Part shown: piece after piece, positions 23,336-36,300 of the stretch
Numbering within the stretch: position 1 is the first letter of the stretch
Layout: each line of letters starts with the position of its first letter
Assembly (NCBI GenBank): GCA_905178155.1
Contig: CAJINV010000006.1
Location: 3,016,658-3,080,657 of the forward strand
Direction: 5' to 3'
Source: Amoebophrya sp. A120
Taxonomy: Eukaryota; Protista; Dinoflagellata
DNA length: 64,000 nt
Made by a program: the position numbers and the translations under genes
Notes under the pieces: generated by a model
Told to the model about the DNA's origin: nothing
The model's input: the letters and a program-made list of their open reading frames with translations, nothing else
Database searches by the model: none

Positions 23336-26300
23336 ATGATGGAAGTCGACGACCAGTACCAGCAGCAGGGAGCGGAAAATGAAACTAAAGCCGCTGAGCA
23401 CGACACAAATGCTCTAGCTCATGTTCATCCAGAGGACCTCCACCCCACAAGAAGGACAAGAGCTGTCCTGGGCGGGCAAGGACTAGAAAATGAAAACATG
23501 CAGAAAGAAAATCAGGAACAAAGACTGACAGCAGCGTCTTCATCCAAAGGGGACATTTATTCTTCCGACGAAGACGAGAGTCTGCCTCTGTGGCCTCCCC
23601 GGTACCTGCGTTACTCGTCTGAGGAGGAGGATTTAGATTTTACAAGCGAGGAGGAGACCTCCTCCGGTAGTGACGGGGACGAAATCTTCAGCGACGGGGA
23701 GGAAACGAGTAGCGACGAAGAACCTGCCGGGGAAGAGAATCAGGATATTGAGCAGGCCGATGTGGAAATGAATATTGACCCGGCGGCACAACCACAAGAT
23801 ACGAAGGTTCAAGACAGTACTTCCGCTTTTGTCTACATTCGGAACAAAACCACGGGGAAGACGAAGGTGATAAAGCGCGGGGACCTTCACAAGTATTGTC
23901 CGAACTACATAGAAGATCATAGAAAGATGTTGACTCGAGGTGAAACTGCAGCTGCCGTGAAGAAGCCGAGGCCAACACGCGAAGAGGTTGTTGAGGCTGC
24001 AAAACGCGAGAGAGCGAAGCGGGAACAGGAGCTAACCTATCAAATGTAAAAATGTCTGGGTCTGGAAGATTGCGAGATTTGTCATGCATATTTCGGATCA
24101 CGCAAATGGCGTCTGATGCAGGCGAAAGCATCACAGGCTTGATGCACGCCTCATGATGCCTGTCCCGCATGAGAAACTTCCTACTTGCGTGCCAAGAAAT
24201 GGACAGCTTTTGGCGCTCATGCAACACAAATTTTTGTGTGTTCCAGAGTTTGCATCACAAGTTCCAACCCTTCCAGACCCAGACACTTTTACATTTGATA
24301 TAACACGGCAGCAGCGGATGTTCGCGATTTTTCAAAACATGTATGAAACTGCACAACTTTCCAGCCTTCCTTTCAACATTTGTCATGCAAAATACCGAAT
24401 CCACGTGACGTCCACCTCTTGCCTCTAAAATATTCTGCGCATGACAAGTTTTGAATGCCCGAACAGAACTACGATCCATGTCCGGATTGGTCATGCAAAA
24501 GCTACACCTGTGGGCAGCTTGTGATGCTGCTCATGCTCTACAAAACAGGGGGACGAGGGGGACGGGATGTGCAGTCTGATAACATGCAGAGTGTGGAACA
24601 GGATTGCGCACAGTGCGTGGAGAACACGCAGCTCTTCACGAAGGTCCCGCTGGCACAGTTACTCGTCGCGCAGGAGCGGCTGGCGGGAACGGAAAAATTA
24701 CCAAACAACACGGTGGTGAACCAATTTGGGAGCTACGTGAAAAACGACGACCCGGGAAAGCGGAGTTTGCAGGACAGACAGCGGACAGCACAGGAAAAAG
24801 TGCTCCCGTTGCCGTATGATTTGTCGCAGCGGCACTTGGACGCGCAGCTGCACGACCGCAACCGGGAACGCTGGAAACCGACCTACTGGTCTTTGGATGA
24901 GATTCACGAGAAGGCAGCGAGATTTACGGAGAAAGTGGTAGAGGTGGAAATGGAACAAGTAGTAGATGCAGGACGAAAGAATCAAGTTCAAGGTGGACCA
25001 CCTCCTCGTCCTGTGGAGGACCACATGAACAATAAATCTCGTGCAGCTCATCTCCTGTCGGACGGAGAGCATTCACGTTCTGCGACTTCGGCTGCCAACC
25101 GCCACATCGTCGCGGGAGACACGGGACGACGGGGCTTGCTGTCAAGAAGTGACGCAGTATCCAAGGGGAGAAACGTGTCTTAGTGATAGAATTTGAAGTC
25201 AATGATCTATAAGTAGATGCACAGTTCATCGCATTGATGCCCCAGGAGACCACGAACGATTACGATTAGTAGGGGCCAGGCTCCTCGTTGCACCGTGGCC
25301 CGCACGGTCATTTGCGATGTCAGAATTATAGGAACACGGCACGAACGAAATAAGCAAGACACGACTTTTTTCTGTAATATACAGGGAATAAAGGTGACCA
25401 GTGTCAAGATCAACTTGTACGAAACGGTAAAGAGAACGACGACGACGACGGGAAGATCTTACCAGGTGGCACCACCTGCGTGCGCAAACTCTTTCCCTTC
25501 TACCACACCTTCGAAATATCCGTCGACCCCGTTTCATCTGGGAAGAAGAAGTTCCTTCCTGTAGTCGAGAACCTGATCGATGAAAACACCTACGACAGCC
25601 AGCGGAACCGCGGCGCCAAGAACGCGAGAATCGTCCGCGTTTTCGAGCGGAACTATTTTACGAAGGCGTTTCTGTGGGATGTGCGGATGGAAGACTTGGC
25701 TGCGTCGTGTACTTCGGCAACAACATCGGGGATGACGATGGACCACGACAGTCGTGTCCGAAATAATGGGTCATCCAGCAGTCGTTCTTCAACAGCCTTT
25801 GCGTTGAGTGCTGCACTGGGCAACGGAACAGGTGGACCTAACACGTCACCAACAACTTCCGGACGTCGGATCACCGCAAACTCTTTGCCGGACCGGGAGC
25901 GCAGACTCAGTGAGTACCCGGAAAACCTCCCCGCGGGTCCCCCTTTATGACGCGCTCAGGTGTTACAATGTCAATCGTTGCAATAGAATATGGAAATCTG
26001 TGATGCAAGAGTGCATGATATAGCCAACTTTCATAGGATCGCGCAGGACAAGTTCCGGCGCCCCAAACCCCACTGCAATTATCTGGCGAAATTTGTATTT
26101 CAGAAAGTGGAACGCCCTGCGAGTCTGTCATGCTCATCCCGCAAGACAAACCTCAGTTTCTGTGGTAACCGATCTGAGATTGTAACGCCTGAGCGAGTTA
26201 TACCCTTCGCCGGTGTTTTCTCCCGGCCCCATCAAGTTTGATCCACCTCCCAAACGACCGCCGTGTAGTACGAGCTGCAAGAACCCCAGCACCCCCGCAA

Positions 26301-27009
26301 GAACAGATTCCTACAACAAAAAACACCTGGAACACGACCTTGCGGACGACCCGGGGTTTACGAATGGGATTCTTCCCCCTGAGTATTTCGAGGAAGACGA
26401 GAAACAACTGCCGTGTGGGGCTCCCTTTATACCTATTAGGAACAAGGACGGCACGATATTATTGCGACAGACACGACAAAACGTGCATCCGAGCTGCAGC
26501 CGCGAGGAGGAAGAGAACAGCCACCATCAGCAGCCTCGCCCAGCAGAAGATGCGACTTCGGGAGGAGGGGAAGAAGAAGTGCTGCGCTTGGTTGACTGTC
26601 GGGGAAATGACGTAGTTCGCGCCTGGGATGACGATTTCATGCACTTCGAAGACCTGCCTCCCGAGGCACAGGAGCTGGTTCCCATGCCGGAGATTCTTTT
26701 TGCTTCGCTGGGTCGTGGAAATAAGAGAAAGCGACGCAGAAGTGGGGCGTCATCTCCTTCTTCGTCCGAAGAGCGCTCGTTCTCGTCGGATCGCAGTAGC
26801 TGTAGTAGTGGTTCCGAGAGGATGGAGCAGAAGATCAGGAAGAAAAAACACAACTACACAATTGACAAACTTCCGAAGTTTGTGTTGCCAGACCACATGA
26901 AGATTCGCGAGTTCGGAAAATTGAAGGGCCAGTTTGGGTATGAAATTCGAAAAATCATACGTCGGATGGGTTTCAGGACTGAGAAAACCAAAAGAAAAAG
27001 AACCTGTAG
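23336..27009 (+). CDS. Hypothetical low-complexity acidic protein; 3 introners plus unresolved GT-AG introns; 3' end uncertain
   Basis: In-frame joins EQELTRQQRMFAIFQNMQSVEQD and AGPPSPVFSPGP link ORFs 23195/24455 and 25480/26213. Confidence 0.55.
24038..24300. mobile_element. Introner family A
   Basis: Near-perfect TIR TATCAAATGTAAAA..GTCTGGGTCTGGAAG; TSD TAACC/TAACA. Confidence 0.9.
24342..24581. mobile_element. Introner family C, diverged
   Basis: TATGAAACTGCACA...TGTGCAGTCTGATA; TSD ACATG. Confidence 0.85.
25946..26202. mobile_element. Introner family L
   Basis: TATGACGCGCTCAGGTGTTACAAT...ATTGTAACGCCTGAGCGAGTTATA; TSD CCCTT. Confidence 0.9.
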
Positions 27010-28437
27010 GTACTTCCTACTCGTCGTGCAGTTTGTCGTGCATCAAGGGGTCGCTCGGCCCGCGCACCTTTGCAGAGCCTGGCGAGGAGCGCCGTTCTTC
27101 CATCTGGTATATATAATTGTGCACCATAAACAAGCAAAAGCAATGCTGCTCGTGCATGATGCTCGGAGGTGCTCATATGTCGGTGTGAATGAAAAACAGA
27201 AGTTGATAAATCCGGGTCATTCTTGTTTTGCAGACTTGGAAGCAGCAGGCAAGCAATGAGCTTTTTCTTGTCTCAGCATAAAAAGTTATTCAACTTCCAG
27301 TTTTCTGTCCGAGACGAACCTCCCCGCCGTGTTTGTGATGCATATCGACCCAGCACCACCTTCGGCTTCCTCCTCGGCAGCCTCTGCCGGTGGGAACGCG
27401 TGCGGATGGGAGAGGAGATCGGACGTACTGTTTCGTAGTGGTACGAAGCAAAGTAGTTGTAGTACATCGTCAGGGGCGGGTCTCAATTTTCCAAACAACC
27501 GGCCGCGGCGGTGAAGCAGGTTGCGACCTCATCAAAGTCAGGCTTTTTACGATGTCCGATACAAAACATTCTCGGCTCCTGCAAGTGCCTATGTCGTGAC
27601 AAGCACCAGTTTACAACGAACAGCACAGGTGCCCGAAGATGCGTCCTGTGATGCGTGAACCCCCCGTGGTGCAATAACTTGTAAACAAATTAAGTGCGAT
27701 GCGAGGGCAATCATATGCTCTTTTTATTTTCAGCAGATCAAGAAGTCTCGAAGAGAAGTAGATTGACATACTTGCAGCTGAACAGTAATTATTGGCTCCT
27801 TGTTCATCTTTAGTCCTTACATCCTGTTCCTGATCTTCATGTGGACCTTTGATGGTGGATCACGAAAAAGTGCGGATCATGTAAAAAACGCAGATCTTTA
27901 CCGTGACCGTGAGCTTTAGAATCTATCAATGTCATGAAAACAAATGGGATCACCAGCTGGCCGTAACACTGAGAAAAAAATTCGATGTTGCGTTGAAAAG
28001 TTCAAAAACAAAATCTTTTGGCCGACTTGTTCCAGCGAGATCGAGAAACAGAAAAATAGGAATTTCTGTGAAAGATGGAAGATCTAGCCGTGATCAAAGC
28101 ACCAGGCAGGCGGGTTATTTGTACTCTTCCCAGAATGATGAAAAATAAAGATTATGGACGCATTCGCATCAACGCATCCAGAAGTCAAAACCTGATGTGA
28201 TCGCTCCTTCATGATGACTCACACCCTCGAGGACCTGCCACAGGTACAGCTGAACTAGAAAGAGTGAAGTTTATTTCCCTGAGTCTAGGTGTAGGTGTTC
28301 TCTATCTCTAAGTAGCTTATTGTGCCAGTCGCCAGTTTCCAACTCGATAGGTTCAGTTTCAGGTTGACTTCCCGATGAGGACTGGCGGTGTTTCATGAAA
28401 AACACAGGAGAAGGTTTACGAAATTAAAAACCCAGCC

Positions 28438-30210
28438 ATGACGGGAGCATCTTCGCGAAGACCTCCGCAGGACAAAAATCGTCCCTCCGCGAGAGTAGGA
28501 GCTGCTTCACGATTGACCACCCTGCTGATAGGTGGCAACAAGTCCGCTAGTACCGCCCTCGACAACAAAAGCAAGACGACCCAGAAACGAGGAACGAAAG
28601 CAAAAACAGTTCCTCCCAGCACGAGAAATAATAAAGCCGCTAGTGTAACCTTCGTCGCTCCGGGGGACCTAATTTGCCGGAGTACCGAAAATACGTCTTT
28701 GTTGAAGGGAATCGGGATAACCGAGCAAGTAGCGACAGGACTTGCTGGAGAAACTACAACGTCCGCCTCGAAGAATAAAACAGAGCTCCGGGCGGCCGCT
28801 TGCGGGAAGCTGAAACAGGTTTCGCAATTGATTTTCGTTGAAACGGACCGGCATTTTGCGCTCACAGTGGGCGATGTTGTCGTGGGAAGGATCGTTTCGG
28901 TGCTGAACGGGAAATGGGCTGTGGACGTATAACTTTTTTTCAGTGCTTGATTTGTCATGGGGTTTTGGCAATAGGAGCGTGTGAGCGTCCACCTGGAAGT
29001 GGTCTGCTGAGACTGTTTCTTGCTCTCGAAAATTTAGTATCATGTTCACATGGAATTCGCACGAAAGGATATACAACTTTGACTAGGAAAGCAAATCATA
29101 AAGACCAAGGTGAAAGGACGAAAAAGCAACAAGTTGTATATTATACTTCCATTAGAAACTTCTACAACCACACCTCCAACAGGTCGGGCAGCCGCGTTTG
29201 GCCACCCTTCCGCTGGCGGCCATTCACCTGCCGAACAACGAGCAACGGCGGCGGACGGCGGAAGATTTATTGAACATCCGGGATTTTTTCAAGGAAAACG
29301 ACCTCATCGTCGCGGAAGTGCAGCGGATTCTGCAGCCGGATTCCAGTTATGCAATGCAAAAGTAACGTACTAGTAAAAATTGCATTACAAATTGACTCAG
29401 CATTACAAATTAAATTTGTAATGCGGATTTGCATTAGCAAAAAGATTTGTAATGCATAAACGCAATTAGTACGAGTACGATACTTTTGCACAGGATTCCA
29501 GTTCCACCGCGGGAAGCCAGCAGGAGCAGATCTTTTTGCAAACCCGGTCCGCGAAGTATGGGCTGCTTCGGAACGGCATCGCGGTGGACCTTTTGGGCCG
29601 GAACTTTTCCAACACCGGTTGTTCATCGTCCTCAACTACTTCATCGCAACTATCGCGGAAAAACCCGAATCTTCTCTACGGCAGCGACATCTTGGGCAAA
29701 AGCCGCATTGTGAACGTCAGGTGTAAGGTTCGGAATTCATCTTGTGACGAACTCGTGTTAAGGAGCACAGCATCAAGTTGTGGCGCAGTAGAGAAGAACC
29801 ACACACCAAGAACCGAAACATCAACGACCGCCAGTCTGCAGCTGATCTTTGGCGCAAATGGAGTGGTTTTTGTCGGCGCCAGCCCGTGGCACGGAGTACA
29901 ACAACGTGGGGAAGCAGGCGGAGACGACTCATTGCATTTGGCGATTGACACACTGAATTTTTCCTCGCACGCACGTAACGCAGACACAACTGATGCTGCT
30001 GCAGCTGGTGGAGTGACAAGTAAACACAGGACTGCTCTGTCCAGGACTTGTCTACAAGCGATCGCGCTGTACCGAAAGGCGCTGGAGGAGATTTCCACTC
30101 AGGCCTCTTCCAGCAGTTGTGCAAATGGACGAAATGTAGGGATGGAGGGTGAGAAAATCTCTTTGAAGAGACTGGAAGAAAGAGTGGAAGAAATTCAGCG
30201 ACAGGGATGA
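28438..30210 (+). CDS. RRP4: Exosome complex component Rrp4 (EXOSC2); GT-AG intron 28927-29182 and introner 29348-29497
   Basis: Motifs VAPGD, GDVVVGRIVSV..KWAVD, LP..EQRRRTAED..IRDFFKENDLIVAEVQ, LQTRSAKYGLLRNG and IFGANG match the Rrp4 S1/KH organisation. Confidence 0.9.
29348..29497. mobile_element. Introner family B in RRP4 (ends ATT)
   Basis: Family B TIRs; TSD CCAGT. Confidence 0.9.
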
Positions 30211-33200
30211 GTTTATTTAGACTTGATGTGGGCTTGCCGACGGGATGTTCAACATGCTTTTTTTGGCGAGCGTGATCGCTTCATCATGATAGATAAGAAC
30301 GTACAACATTTATTGTGATACAAATCAGCATCTGAGACAACCCAACACAACGTCCCTCCTGCAAAGATACGGCCTCCACACGACAACTGCAAGCACATTT
30401 CTTGATGAGTACTCTGCATGTATATCCATGTGATGCGGACTTGCGCTTGGAGGACTCACCTCTATAAAGCGATGATGGAGCTACGACGAAAGCAATCAGC
30501 TATAAATGGAGAAATTAGAGAAGGTGAGGGACCACGCGCGTCAGCGCGGAAATAGATAATCCCATCATGGCACGGCACTTTCCAGGTTAACCACACTGGT
30601 CAGCCTCCACCATTGTGTTCCGCATCAATAGGTCCACGTGCAGTTTTTACACGTCAAATTTGTGATGTTTGTTGTGGACGACCACAAACACAAGTAGCAA
30701 TGTCACGCGAGTTTCTTTTGATTCTTTTGTGTGGAGGACCAGTGGTCGACTTTATCCTTGATGATGTTCACAATCACGCGTCGCATACCAAGCCGCGTTA
30801 TTCTTGTTCTCTGGGATTTGCAGAGGCTAAGATCCGGATGGTTCCCAGGGGAAAAAAGTTTTTGTTTTGTTCATGCAGCGTTTTCACCAAGTCTCACTTT
30901 CAACTTCGAGTACAACTTAACACTAATTGAGATCTCAACGAAATGGTCGTTGAGTCTGGACCTACCTGTTTTCTTGCCAATTCCACAACTACTGATGTCC
31001 GCGGCAAGAATTATGTAAAACCTGTATGTAACGTGGTAGAATATGAAACGCATCAAGCTATGGTGAAGTTGACGTGCGGAGTTGGTCCCATTGTGGAATA
31101 AAGCACAAACATACAGAAAAACGATCAATTTTGATGCCTTGTTTCCACCCCAAAACTACCCAGGGCGACTATCTAATTTAGAGACGATAGGGAACTGTAC
31201 GGTAATCTATTCTCTACCGGACGAGGACTTACTTAGTTTGGGCTTTTATTTTAGCTTTCTTTATGTCTAGAGTTTCAAGTCTGGTTGAACAAATTACGGA
31301 ATTCCCTGGTGTCTTGAATAGATTAGTGTCCTGTAGTTTATTCCTCCAGCAGTGGTTAGAAAGTTGCTTTCGTTGATGCTCTCTAGGATTAATTCAAGAT
31401 TGTTCCCTGCAGATTGTGTTGTACTTGCCGCAACATCTTTATCTACGAGAAAGCTGGAGTTTTGCAGTTTTCGACCCGATAGGCCGTGCTTCTTTTCGAC
31501 AAAGTGTTTGTTGTTCTGCTGGTACGATGATTCTTGCAGATATAAAGATTCTTGCAGTTGTACATGGTTTTTTTTTCCAACCACGGATACCTAGTCGAGC
31601 TGCGCAAGCTCGATTTGTTGCACAAGTTAGTATCTGATGCTGAAGCATATAATTAATCGGTATAAAAATGATTCTTGCACTGGCCGGAGCCCGGCTAACA
31701 CGATTGATTTCGCGTGCCGAGATAGTAGAAATACTATACAGTTTTTCATTTATAAATATTACGAATTTGATTATAAATACGACAGCAATAGTACAAGAAA
31801 TAGAAATACCGAGTGGAGTAGACGAGGGCGAGGCCGATATGGGCCCAAGGCGAGAATACGACGAGGCGAGAAAACAAATATCCACGAGATTTTTCGTATT
31901 TTGTTTTACTTAGAAGTACGTGCCTAGTGTGCGGTACAGAAGATATGAATTCCATATGTTCTGAGCACGTACAACGGTAGCGAATATTTAGAGCAAGAAA
32001 AACGAAAAGAGCTTGCAGACCACTGTAATTAAGGCAAAATATAAAAATTATCGGCGATTGAAACGAAAAAAAAACTTTTCAACAAGCTTGGTGATTGAAT
32101 CAAACTTTAGGTTCCAGTACAGAAGGTGTAGTACTACTGCGTAGCGGCCGAATTATACTTGGCTGCCCTTGCGGGACCACCAACAGCTTCACAGAGCGAG
32201 TTTGTATTGTAGTCACATGACTGCATATTTGATATCCAACAGTGGGTGAAGGTGAAGCTCAACGAATCTTCACAGGAACAACCAGAACGTCGACCAGAAC
32301 AACCGCGAGCTGCCACGAGGAGAACTCAGTGCAATTTTTGCAAGGTTTAAGCGTGCGTAAGTAACGCTTTGCTTATTTCTACCACCGAAGTGAAGGCGGT
32401 CTTCGCGCGGTTGGAATAAATTAATAGTAGATAATTCGAGAGCTGCTGTGCCGGTGCACGACGACCGGGTGCAGCTGTTTCCGGATCACTTCTAGACGAC
32501 CTCCAGCACGACCACTACACCGTTATTTTTAGATGATACCATCCATGAGGAGTGCAGTGTTGCGGAGCGAAACACCAGAAGCTGTTGAAGCATCTAGAGG
32601 GTAAAAGAAGTGAATAAGCACCAAGTTCGGTTGGCGGCCCCTGTGCCGCTCGAACCTGTTTCCAGAACTCCTCGGTTTACGGTGTGTGAACATCAATAAT
32701 CGGAGGAACTTCATCGACCTGCACGCCGATTCATCTTCCTTGTTCGCCCGCGGTACAGAAGAAACAAGAGGGCGGAACTACAACAAGTGGATCCTTTTAT
32801 TAGGCGGCGGTACTGCGGCTGCGCTTCCTTGCTACTGACGGCGGTTGTTTTGGACTTCTTCTATTTGAAACTACTACTTCTTTCTGTAGGGGCGTAGAGG
32901 TTGTACTACAACTACTATCACCTTCATGCCGATGAAGAACTACATGTCAACACCTTCTGCGTGTAAAAACCGCTGTGGAATATTGAGAGCATAAGATTTT
33001 CTTGGAATCGAGGAGCAGCCGACATCATGACAGCATTACGACAAGAACCAAGTGAAGACTAGGAGTATATTCTACGTCATTTTCTACTTTTTTTCGCGTT
33101 GGGAGAAGCAGAAGAACGAGCACTAGTTTTCGTTTTTCCTCCGCGAGAACCAAAAGGAGCCATTTCTGCTGCTCTTACTTTATTTGCGGACAAGTTTTGG

Positions 33201-33304
33201 CGGGAAATAGCCCGGCTGCACTCCAGAAGAACTTTGGACGCTGTCACAAGTGCTGTCATAGGCAGTAGAGCAGGCGCAGAAAGAGAAACACCAGTACGCT
33301 CAAG

Positions 33305-36300
33305 ATGCGTCGTGGAGCGGGAGGCCATCAGATGCGGGGTAGTACGAGCACTACTTCTAACCATACCTCGAACACAGCAGGGACAACGCCATCTCCCGGG
33401 AAAATGAACGCGGCCGCGGGCCAGCCGACCCAGCACCACCCGCAGCTCCTCAACGAGCAGTACAACATCATGACCCAACAGCACTCTCCTGCACAACAGG
33501 CAGAATTTGCGTCCGCGTTGCGGGCGGGGGCAGCAGGCAACATGCAGCCGCAACACTCGCCGGACATGGAGCACGGCGAGGTGGTGGAGTTGCGCCGGCG
33601 CTGCGAACAGGTGCTCGCCCAACTGCGGGAACAGGAAGAAAAATTGGGTCCGAGTTCTGCGACGAGTGCAAATTTTAGTACTTCTGCCACCGAAGGTGTT
33701 GGTGTTAATATCAAAAATCCGGATCGCCAGCAGCTGGACGAAAGCACAGTCGCCTCCGGCATCATGCAGGGGCTGCTGGCAGCGGGGCATACTATGCAGC
33801 AACCGCAATACAACATGAACAATGGCGGCGGAGGGCCACGGAAGAATCACTTCGGTCAGATGAATCATGATGGTCGACCTGGTATTCTGCCCCCGGGTAT
33901 GTCTGGAATGCACCGCAACAACGGGCAACTCATGACACGTGGCGGGGAAGGAGCATATAATGGCGCCTCTTCCGATGGCAGGGCGTCGACCATGATGAAC
34001 ACCTCCAGCTACGAAACGTCCGATCGGCGCATCCAGGAAGTCTTGACCACGCACCGGGAAAATAAAGAGCGGGGGTTTTACGAATCAAGTACAACTTCTA
34101 GTGCAGGTTTTTACAACAATGAAGAGCAATATCATCTTCAGTACAGCGAGCGAGCCGCTGCTGGTGCTGCACCTGGAGCAGTAGTGCGACCGTCTTCCTC
34201 CTCCACTCCACCCCCGGCCTTGGAACAAACGCAGTCCGAGTACCATTATCCGCGGGACAGAAGCCGTGTTCCACGGCAAGCTGGTGCGCATGATCATGCT
34301 GAGATTTACGAGCAGTACAACCCTGGTGGAGCACCAGCTCCTGCAGCAGGAGGAATTATACCTCCAGGAGGCACGATGCACCGTGCCCTGACCGACCTTG
34401 GCACGACGCCTACGGGAGGTGGGCGTGCTCGACTCGAGGACCTACGAATGCTATCAGCGCAGCTATCCCAGCAACAACGGCGCGTATCCAAAACAGAATT
34501 GACTACTGCTTCACGACCGTGATGAACTTCCATTTGATGTGTACTTGCAGAAGATGAACATGCACGGAAGCTGAAGGGGTCTTTTGTGTTTTTATTCCGG
34601 TTCATGATTTTCATTGTCTTTTTCATGAAATGTGTTGCAAGAAGGCCGAAACGTTCATGTTCGTGTATGTAAAAATGCGCTTTGTGCAAAGGCGTCACAG
34701 CCGTGGAACAGTTTTTTTCTATGGATAGGGCCAAAACTACGTTTCCCCCACAACCAATGGACAACCCCAGCAAGAGAAGTACTACCACGCAAGCGGGTCG
34801 TACGATCGCGGCCACAACGGGCACCACACGTCGCAGCACAACATCCGCGACCGTAGCTCTGCTTCTGCTGCTTCCGACAGGATCAGCAAGTATGGGGCCG
34901 CGCGGCCGGGTTCATCCCAGGTAGATCAGCATTACGATAACGGTCCGCCCCCGGGAATTGACCCGTACATGTCCTCCTCTACCAGCCAGCGCGTCGCCAT
35001 GTCTACCGGTACTACTAGGCAACATCAACATTATTCCGTGCCCACCTCTGCTCCGCCACATTTGGCAAGTCCTGCGACGCCAGTACTGGCAGGAGGTTCT
35101 CAACAAAATACAACTTCCGGACGAGGAGAGGCGGATCATACAGGAGGTGTCGCCCACGACCACTCGCGTGTGATAGCAGGCTCTATTCCTGCGAGACCCA
35201 CTGGAGCTGCCCCGCCCCCGCGAGGCAGTGCTTACAGCACCCAGACCGAACAGCCGCCCTCTCAGCCAACCTCGTTGCACCACGCGAGTACCGCGACACC
35301 CAACACGAGCGCCCGTTCGGGTTCCATGACGGTGTCGAGTTACCGTGGGTTTGACCCACTTTCCCCGAACGGGGGTTCGAACCCCGCCTATACGGCCACC
35401 ACGGTCGGGGTCCCGGTGCTAGGCGGGGATCAGCAAGTAGGGCTTTCTCGTCGCGAGGCGGAGCAGACGGAACGACGGGATCATGATCTGGATCATCGTG
35501 GGCTGCGCGGCGACTACACTGGGAACAATTACAGGACTTCGAATACTACAGGAGCAGCCGCGTTGTATCACGGCAACAACGAAGATTTTTACAAAGCGGA
35601 AATAAAGCTGCAAGAACGAGAATATGACCCGTCCGCCGGAAGGCGGCCCCCGGGAATAAACGGCTATCGAAACCACGACGTTGATATCAATGGGAAAACT
35701 AGCGTCGACCGAGACCACTACAAACTCGTCCAGCAGTTGCATCAAACTTTTTCAGCAGGCACTTCTGCCTACCAGGACCATCCAGAGCGAGGACGAGACG
35801 AGGACAACTTTTTGCGCCAAACGGGAATTACAACGACGTCGAGGGAAATAAAGAACACCCGCGGAGGACACCACGACCGCCCCTTGTCGCACACCGACTA
35901 CGCGAGCAGAGGTCAGGACGACGTATCCTGTGCAAAAACATCCCTACCCCAGAGTTGTCATGCAGATCTGCAAGCACAGGAGCATTTGTAATGCGCATCC
36001 CCATGGGAGGCATTTCCCATCGTGTTTTGGAACTTGTAATGCTGTGAACAGGATATTGAGGAGATGGATTTGTTATGGGGCTTCCCTTTTTAAACTGAAT
36101 TACACTACAGCCTGCAAGAACTTGTCATGCGTGGCTCCCAAAACTTTAAGGTTTGTGTTGCAAAATCCCCATCTTGACTCTGGGGTGGGGACGTTTTTAC
36201 AAATGATACGACGAGGAGCTTGCTTACTTCGAGCGGCAGCAGGACTTCGTCGGCCAGGTGTATAGAAATAACACAAACCGCAATGGAGGCCATGCAGCTG

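Noticed and set aside
30300-33000. Possible genes or pseudogenes in AT-richer stretches (also 20144-21008, 46400-49900)
   Set aside because: Short broken ORFs with no recognisable motifs; no defensible gene model
33298-33304. GCTCAAG before the ATG, like the 3' end of the dinoflagellate spliced leader
   Set aside because: Only 7 nt match; upstream bases do not fit
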